A DNA stretch of 64,000 nt from assembly GCF_009914755.1 (NCBI RefSeq), contig NC_060941.1. The stretch is one strand, 5' to 3'. Source of the stretch: the human T2T-CHM13v2.0 reference genome, Homo sapiens. Below the pieces are notes generated by a model. It saw only the letters and a program-made list of their open reading frames with translations, was not told where the DNA came from and did not search any database. Shown in pieces: positions 55,140 to 64,000 of the stretch; positions within the stretch are counted from its first letter, which is position 1, and each line of letters begins with the position of its first letter. The translations under genes were made by a program, and so were the position numbers.

Positions 55140-55710
55140 CACTTTCCTTTGAAAACTTGCTCTGTGCAAGTTTCTTTAAAACCTCAGAAGCATTAAATCC
55201 TCATTAATATAAACCCAGTGTATTTACGGTGTCAAAATATGTTTTAGAAAAGCCAAAAGCAACCGTTACACAAGTTGCCTCATTATCAATAATCTAGCAT
55301 TATGCCTTTTATGTGTCATTTCTTTACACAATATACTATCATTGACGACTTTTAGCAAATACATCATGGCAAAGGATTACTCTCATCAGAGGCAGCCTTT
55401 GAAAAGGATATGCTAATTTCTAGGGAGCAAGAAAACATCAAAACAGTGCCAGCAAATAGCCAAGGGACTTTTATGTCTTAATATCCCTCAGAAGTGCTTT
55501 ATCTCCTAGTGCAACGTGTATCATAGTATAAACAGGAAATGAAACAGCCACAGCATCAAAGAAGCGCCAGGCCATGGCTGTAATTTCAGATCAGGTTTAA
55601 TAAAGGTTATCTATAGTAGGCTAATCAAACAAAAGGGTGCATGTTTTAAAGAGCCATTTGATAATTTCCATTTAAGGTGCCCTATCAAAGAGATCCTAAC
55701 AATGTCTTAA
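55140..55710. promoter_or_regulatory. Candidate enhancer with TCF/LEF motif cluster
   Basis: CTTTGAA 55147 and 55397; ATCAAAG 55555 and 55684; ATGCTAAT 55410; GGAAATGAAA 55535. Confidence 0.35.
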
Positions 55711-55861
55711 GACTCCCGCTGAGTCCCAGCACCTCCTTTCCAACACGACTCCCTTGAATGGTTGCAAGCCTATCTAGATCTCCTAATTTTTAGTTGATTC
55801 TAATTTTGAGGTGATCAGCTTAACAGAATTTGACTTACTTTCTTGCAGGCCTTGATTTAAA

Positions 55862-55918
55862 ATATATATATATATATATAATTTTTTTTCTGTGTATGTA
55901 TATATATATTATATATAT
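55862..55918. repeat. (TA)n microsatellite
   Basis: atatatatatatatatata...tatatatatatattatatatatg. Confidence 0.85.
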
Positions 55919-57019
55919 GAACAAAAGAATCAAAACTGGAACAGAGTGTGAGCACCAAGAGAAGAGTATCTGGAAAGGCACCAAGCAATTATATCCAGAT
56001 CCACAGCCAAGCAAAGGCAAGTTATCAGGCAAGTTTTTCCATAGAAATACTTGGTGCCTCCAATACGGCACTGAATTTAAGTCCAGCACAGCATCAACTC
56101 ATGGCTTTCACCAGAGCCTGAACTTGAGAGCAACCACATGAAACAGTCCTTCTTCTACTTATCAGTTAGGTAGAGGAAGTGTCATTAAGTAGTTCAGCCT
56201 TCAAGGTTCTGATTTAGGTACCAAAAACGTGTCTTGGTATACCCGTGTCAGTGAATGACCAAGAAAACGAATCCAATTTTCTCTCTGCTCCATACTGACC
56301 ATAAACGCCTTGACAATCGTAAACCTGAGATCTGCAGACAGAGAGCAGAAGGCAGATGCTTCAACATCGGGCTCAGCCCTGAGCTGGGAGCCATCCCGTG
56401 TCTTGGGTGACACAGCACCACACCTTCGCCCCCATGCAACCACTCTGCAGTCCAGCCGGGACTCGGCCCCGCTTCCTAGCTGGGCAGAGAATACCCCTAA
56501 CATTTGCAAATCAAATGCCTCATTCAGCTCCTCCCAGTTGATGACCATGGAGATGCTGGAGGACAGATGGGCCACCTGTCAAAAAATCTCATCAGGGGAG
56601 AGACAGTCAGGAGGGAAAATGTCATCTGCTTAGAGGAGGTCCTGGCTCAGCTGGGGTCCAAGTAAGTCAGTCTGCTGAGTCCTCCCCTCCAGGCATTCCC
56701 AGGAAAACTGAGTAGGCTATGGCCAGTCTCTGGGCTTATTCTGTTCCATGGGGGATGTCGGGGGTAGAGTGGGTAGGGGAGTTTCTGGCTGGGGACATCT
56801 ACACTTTTGGGTCCCCCCACCCCCACCAATGTCCCAGCTGTAAGCCTCTCCAGAAAACAAGGCCTTCCTGCTTTTCCCTAGGCTGTGCCTCCGAGCCCCT
56901 CCACAGACCCCAGGGAGGGGGAGAAGGGGGCCCTCAGGCACATGGCCTGCAGCCCATCCATCTCAGCCCATCAGGCAGGCAGGGCTGAGCTGCATCTCCC
57001 CACCACTCCCACCCCCCAG

Positions 57020-57410
57020 CTGTTGCCATGACAGGCCTCTGTGCAGTGGAGATCCAGGCAGCCCAGACACTGGTGGCCAGGGCACGGAGGGTCAACGCCG
57101 TGGCTGGGGCAATGCCATATGCCAAGGCCCGCGGCTCCGGGCTCTATCCACCAACAGTCGCCCACTGGGACCCCTCCAGCTCATTGTTGAAGCAGCTGGG
57201 GGGCGGGACATTTTATGCTTTGTTGAGAGATAGTCTGCCTTTTTCATCTCTTCCCTAGACCTCTGGCCCCCAACAGAGGCCTAACTATGTTCAGCCCAAG
57301 CGCACCAATTGGCTACGAGCCGGGGCTACGTGAGGGCAATGTTGATGCGGCCAGGGTCGCAGAGTGGAGTCAATGGTCCACACCCCCCACTCCCACCCAG
57401 GCCCAGAATC
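57020..57410. promoter_or_regulatory. GC/CpG-rich regulatory-like island
   Basis: CCAATTGG 57305-57312 (CCAAT on both strands), TACGTG 57327, RFX half-site GTTGCCATG 57022, CAGCTG E-boxes, G4 motif 57383-57404. Confidence 0.35.
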
Positions 57411-57964
57411 TAGCCCCCACGAGCAAAACTCAAGTTTGACAAATTCCCACAGCACAAGCGACCCAACCCATCCGAATTCCAAACCTGTACTGTAATTTCT
57501 CCACCCTTATATTCTGTGTGTAGGAATCTGATAAAACAAAAACTCAATCACTCCCACAAACAATGCCTGCTGCCCCATCCATTCAGGGTAACAGATCAAA
57601 GGCACCAAGGACAGACAGAGTCATAAACATCAATCTCAATCCCCCAAGAGCTTTATCCCTGGATCTCCACCCCACCCATTACAAACGTACAAATGTGGTC
57701 TGGAGGCTCTGGGATGAGTTTCAGGACAAGTGTCTTTACTTTCTGTGCAAGCTGGCCAGGGGAAAAGTTCTAGGGAAAATAAGCTTGTCAAAGTCAATTT
57801 TTAAAGGCTTGCTTGTAACTGGAGTGAAGCTTTTAGTTTTTTCCTTCCTTATAACTTAACTTTTAGCCAATAGGGAAGTTGCCTGGCTAATAGGTAAGTT
57901 TGTGTCAGTTGGGGCTACAGGAAACTACCTATTACTATCATTTTTAATTTTATTCACTCATTAA

Positions 57965-58271
<307 letters not shown>

Positions 58272-58429
58272 AGGGTTTCTTTTTACATAAGCTCAGAAGG
58301 ACACCTACTAGAGTTCAGAACCCACTCTGTTTTATGTGAATATAATATTCCACTCCTCAGAGGGCCGTTACAGCAGTGGGTCACTCTAATTGCTATACTG
58401 CCATGAGAGTTTCTTTGGGGAGTCCAAGC

Positions 58430-58765
58430 GACACATGAGAACTAGAACTTGGATAGACCTGGATTTCAATCCAGCACTGCAATTCATTATCTGTGAGAGC
58501 CTTGATCTCCTCTTCTATAAACCTTATAGGACTGTTGTGAGGATGAAATTGTCAATAATTATAATGGCAAATTCATTGAATTCTTAGTATGGACTAGGCA
58601 TGGTGCTAGGCACATAAACCTTTCTTATTTAATCTCAACTACACTATGAGATAGGTATTACCATTATTTATATTTCAAAAATGAAACAGGAACAGAGAGG
58701 TCAAGCAAGGTGCACAAGATCACACAGCTACCTAATGGTGTAGTTGAGATTTGAACCCAGACAAA
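58430..58765. mobile_element. Two MIRs, + then -
   Basis: tagacctggatttcaatccagc...ggactgttgtgaggatgaaat; aggcatggtgctaggcac...caagatcacacagcta...gagatttgaacccag. Confidence 0.65.
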
Positions 58766-58885
58766 CATGCATGAACATAAAATTACAATGTGGAGAACAA
58801 GTGAAAAAAAGATGGACCTGTGCTATCTGATACATGAAGACAGCACAGACAGAACATGTCCACCATCACAGAAGGTTCTACTGGG

Positions 58886-59259
<374 letters not shown>

Positions 59260-59291
59260 TTAGCATTTATTAATTTTCTAAAGTCAAATTA

Positions 59292-59616
<325 letters not shown>

Positions 59617-59684
59617 TTAATAACATTTACTAATTACAAAGTCGGTGATAAACATGATTTTTATATATGGTAATTTATATACTA

Positions 59685-59915
59685 CTTATTTTTAAACAAT
59701 TTTTATTGTGAAATATTACATATGCATATGAAAATGCATAGAAAATAAATGTGGAGCTTAACGAATAATTACAATGTCGATGCCCAGGTAGCCACCATCC
59801 ATGTGAAGAAATTGAACATTGCCTGTAATTGAGTCTCAATTTCCTTTCCACCCCGCTCCCTGCCCCTTTCCAATCACATCCCCTTCCACCCGCCAGAGTT
59901 TTCTGCCATCATGAA
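59685..59915 (-). mobile_element. Old L1 3' end fragment
   Basis: ttttattgtgaaatattacatatgc...gcttaacgaataattacaa...gtagccaccatcc...gaaattgaacattgcc. Confidence 0.6.
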
Positions 59916-59959
59916 GCTGTTTCAGTTGATGAAAACAATGTTAAATTTAGGGTTATAGA

Positions 59960-60548
59960 TGCAAAATCAGCAAACAGCTTGTGAGTTAAGAACGATTTCT
60001 AGGGCTACAGTGGCTCACACTTGTAATCCCAGCACTTTGAGAGGCTGAGGTGGGAGGGTCCTTTGAGTTCAGGAGTTCGAGACCAGCCTAGGCAACATAG
60101 TGAAACCCCGTCTCTACAAAAAATAACAAAATTATTCAGGTATAGTGGAACACACCTGCAGTCCCAGCTACTCAGGAGGCTAAAGTGGGAAGATTGCTTG
60201 AGTCTGGGAGGTCAAGGCTGCAGTTAGCCCTGATCTCGCCACTGTACTCCAGCCTGGGTGACAGAGCGAGACTCTGTCCCAAAAGAAAAAAAAAAAAGGC
60301 TTTAACTTTTTACGTGGTTGCAAAAAAAAATCAAAAGAACATTTCATGACACATGAAAATATATGAAATTCAAATTTCAAGGTCCACAAACAATGCTTTA
60401 TTGAAACAAAGCCATAATCATTCTTTTACATATTGTACGTAGCTGCTTTTCTGCTGCCAGGGCAGAGTTGAGTAATCAGGACATAAACTGCATGTCCCAC
60501 ATGCAATTTATCACCTGGCTCTTTATAGAAAAAGTTCGCCTATCCCTC
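59960..60548. mobile_element. MER58B-like hAT-Charlie split by Alu
   Basis: atttcatgacacatgaaaatatatgaaattcaaatttca...ggcagagttgagta...tttatagaaaaagttcgcctatccct. Confidence 0.8.
60001..60297 (+). mobile_element. AluJ
   Basis: gattgcttgagtctgggaggtcaaggctgcag. Confidence 0.9.
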
Positions 60549-61929
60549 TTCTAGATGATAACTCATTCTTAAACCAGCCTCAACATCCAATGTATAAATT
60601 ATTTCTACATTTTCATTTTGGCTATACAGTAATAAAAAACTTTTGATTCACACAGACTAGAGGTTGAGAATGGTTTGTTTGTTACACACCTCACCTTGCA
60701 ATCTTAAAATACTCTTCAATTTTAAGAGGATCTGAAGACTCAAAAGAGTAGCCTGAAACTTTATTTCCAAGTTGAAATACACACAATATCTTACCTTGGC
60801 TTACATTCTTTATCGGAGATATAGAAGTGAAAGAGGAAGCATCTTTAACCTAGGATAAGTGCAGAAAACATCTATAATACCATATTATCAGGACACATAT
60901 TATGTTTACTCATTATTGTGCAACTGACAAGACAATGCCAAGAACATGCACTGAGCAGATGTGCCTGAGTTCTGTCTGCCAGTGAATGGAGTCGAGCCCA
61001 CGTCAGCTGTGGCAGTACAAAATTTCATGTGAGCAAACCTGCAAAGCCTGAACTTAGGAAAAAAGCAATTCATTCTTTCTAATCAATGACACATTGACAA
61101 GGATTTAAATTGACCTACAGAGACAATAAGTTACGAAAGACATTGGTGGTTTCTGATGTGTTACCATTTGGTAGATAACACTCATGTGTAGACCTGTTGT
61201 TTTTGATAACAGTTTTTGAAAGTCTTGATTTTTTAAAATAGAAATTGAATGCAGTGGTTGGGGAACCCCCAGTTACTCACACATGTTCCACTGGAATGTT
61301 CCCAGGATGAGAGAAAAAGTTGGGATTTGTTGTTGATGATTCTAAAGTAGTAATTTTCAGAGTCCAAAGATGGAGATGACTCTGCATATCAGAATTGGGG
61401 AAGGAGATGTTATATTCATAACACAGACCGCACAGAGTCAAGTCCAACAAAGCCTTCTTCTTGGGGCCTATGTTGTAAAAAGTTAATGAGCTCTGCCCTG
61501 GGACAGAGCTGAGCTGTCATTAGCATGCTTTGTGAAGAGAGGAATCAATTAGCCCACGGCAATGGCTCCATCACCTTCCCAGCACCTTCTAGAACGGCTC
61601 CTAACACTCCTTCACTCAGCCAACTATCTTTTCCCAGTCTTTTTCTCGGTTCTGTTCTCCAGCCCCACAACTCCACTGTCCTATGGACCACAACTTTCCT
61701 GACCTCCTGCTGCTCTTTCCTCTCTCAGTGCCAGGCCCAGCTGCACCATGTCATCTGCAGACTGATTCCAGAGGCCCCTATCCTGTACCAGGTGATGCCT
61801 AACAACTGAAACTGGCCCAAGACCATCAGTTCTTGCTCTGTCCCACTCCAAAACTACATTTCCATGGACTGATTCAGTATGCATCCTTGTGCTAGCTTCA
61901 TACCTTCTGCCGTATATAAGACTCATGAA

Positions 61930-62437
61930 TGGTACTCAAAGATTCTCATTATATTTTTAATGATTAAAATACTATTAATTGACATATTTATTTTAAAATA
62001 TTATTTAAATTTTAAAATCAGTTCAATATTATTAAAATACTTATTTTAAAAGGAAATGTTATATTCATCCCTTTGATGGAAAAGAAGCAGGACTGCCGTG
62101 CATAAAAGATACCTCATAAAAATCAATGCAGTGGGAACAAAGCAACATTAAATTAGATTCTACATGGGTCCTACTTCAGCTGAGGGTTCTAAGCCTGGAT
62201 CTTGTTCTCTGCCGTTTAAAGGTGGGGGAGATTAACAGGTTAGAGGGGTGTTAAAGCCACTCTCATCCCAGGCTGAGCCTTTCTTCTTGCCTGAGATCAA
62301 GAGGATTTAAAGAAAGTTGCAAGGAGGGGTAACTGTCTTGCTCTGTGATTCGACACTATTTAGGCTGTATTCCTTTACAGTCTAAAATCATCTCTCCTTC
62401 CTAGGAGTCACACACATCCCATAGATTGGGAAGCAAC
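61930..62437. mobile_element. Charlie4a-like hAT
   Basis: aaaggaaatgttatat...ggagattaacaggttagaggggtgttaaag...ctaaaatcatctc...ttgggaagcaac. Confidence 0.65.
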
Positions 62438-62440
62438 ACA

Positions 62441-62994
62441 CAGGCATACCTCGGATATTGCAGGTTCAGTTCAGACCACAGCAATAAAGTGAGCCACATA
62501 AATTTTTCTGTTTTCTCAGTGCCTATAAAAGTTATGTTTACACCATACTGTGGCCTATTAAGGGTGCAATATCATCACTTCTGGGGGAAAAAAAGGCCAT
62601 AATTAAAAAACACTTTATTGCCTAAAAATGCTAACAATTATCTGAGCCTTCAGCCCGCCATCATCTTTTTGCCTCGATGTTGATGGCTACTGACTCATCA
62701 GGTGGTGGTTGCTGAAGGCTGGAGTGGTTGTGACAATTTCTTATAATAAGACAACAATGAAGTTTGTCACATCAATTGATTCTTTCACAAAAGATTTCTC
62801 TGCAGCATAAGATGCTGTCTGAGAGCATTTTACTCACTGTAGAACTTCTTTCAAGATTGGAGTCAATCCTCTCAAACCCTGTTGCTGCTTTATCAATTAA
62901 GTTTATGTAATCTTTCAAATCCTTTGTTGTCTTGTCAACAATGTTCACAATATCTACACCAGGAGTAGGTTCCATCTCAAAAAACCACTGTTCT
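62441..62994 (-). mobile_element. Tigger1 3' part (TIR plus transposase C-terminus remnant)
   Basis: TIR caggcatacctcg; peptide [51 protein letters not shown] matches the Tigger1/TIGD1-type C-terminus. Confidence 0.9.
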
Positions 62995-62996
62995 GT

Positions 62997-64000
62997 CAAT
63001 GGAGCAGAATAGAGAACCCAGAAATAAATCCACATATTTGCAGCCCACTGATTTTGACAGAAATATCAAGAACACACTTTGGGGAAAGGACAACCTCTTC
63101 AAAAAATGGTGCTGGGAAAACTGGATGACCATACACAAAAGGGGGGAAGTAGACCCCCATCTCACACCATACACAAAAATCAACTCAAAATGGATTAAAG
63201 ACATAAATGTAAGACCTGAAACTATGAAACTGCTAGAAGAAAACATAAAGGAAATGCTTCAGGACATCTTCTAGGCAAAGATTTTATGAGTAAGACTAAA
63301 GGCACAGGCAACAAAACCAAAAATAAACAAATGGGACTACATCAACTAAAAGCCTTCTGCATAGCAAAGGAAACAATCAGCAGAGGGAAGAGACAACACA
63401 CGAAATGGGAGAAAACATTTGCAAACTATTCATCTGACAAGAGACTAATTATCTAGAATTTACAAAGAACAGCATAAAGGTAAATAATTCAATTTTAAAA
63501 TGGGCAAAAGATCTGAATAGACACCTCTCAAAAGACATACAAATGGCCAACAGGTATATAAAAATGCTCAATACTACTAATCATCAGGGACATGCATATC
63601 AAAACCATAATGAGATATCATCTTACCCCAGTTAGAATGGCTATTATAAAAAAAGACAAAAAATAATAAATGCTGGTGAGGATTCAGAGAAAGGGAAACA
63701 CTCGTGCATTGTTGGTGGAAATGTGAATTGGTGTAGTCATTATGGAAAACAGTATGGAGGTTCCTCAAAAAACGAAAGAGAGAACTACCATAAGATCCAG
63801 CAATCCCACTACTGGGTATTTATCCAAAGGAAAAAAAAATCAGAATACCAAAGAGTTACCTGCATCCTCATGTTTATCGTGCACTATTCACAAGAGAGAA
63901 GATGTGGAATCAACCTAATTGTCCATCAGCAGATTAATGGATACAGAAAATGTGGTATGTATACACAATGGAATACTATGCAACCATAAAAAAACATGAA
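62997..64000 (+). mobile_element. L1 (L1MA/PB-type) ORF2 3' portion, runs off the window
   Basis: Peptide [13 protein letters not shown]...[32 protein letters not shown]; frameshifted. Confidence 0.92.

Noticed and set aside
62772-63035. TIGD1-like peptide
   Set aside because: Only the C-terminal remnant of a Tigger1 fossil, cut by an L1; the ORF start comes from antisense L1.

Overview
Primate, very likely human, non-genic or intronic DNA. It holds about 26 Alu elements (FLAM, AluJ, AluS and one AluY), old L1 pieces including a ~5.6 kb degenerate L1M, MIR/L2 elements, MaLR/ERVL solo LTRs and hAT/Tc-mariner DNA-transposon fossils. I recognise no known protein-coding gene, tRNA, rRNA or CRISPR array, and almost every ORF in the track derives from Alu, L1, LTR or low-complexity sequence. 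The unique, CpG-retaining islands are the most interesting parts. (1) A minus-strand 148-aa ATG ORF (24126-24572) is bracketed by a strong splice acceptor and a donor, with a well-formed upstream exon at 27136-26918. (2) A compact YY1+ETS promoter-like element near 39.65 kb points the same way. (3) Two enhancer-like blocks at ~19.1 and ~20.3 kb share an exact 13-mer and an exact 10-mer. (4) A TCF/LEF motif cluster and a CCAAT/G4 island lie at 55-57.4 kb. Repeat subfamilies were called from remembered consensus sequences, so boundaries are approximate. All regulatory and transcript calls are hypotheses. I could not identify the chromosomal locus, and I see no convincing novel multi-component system.
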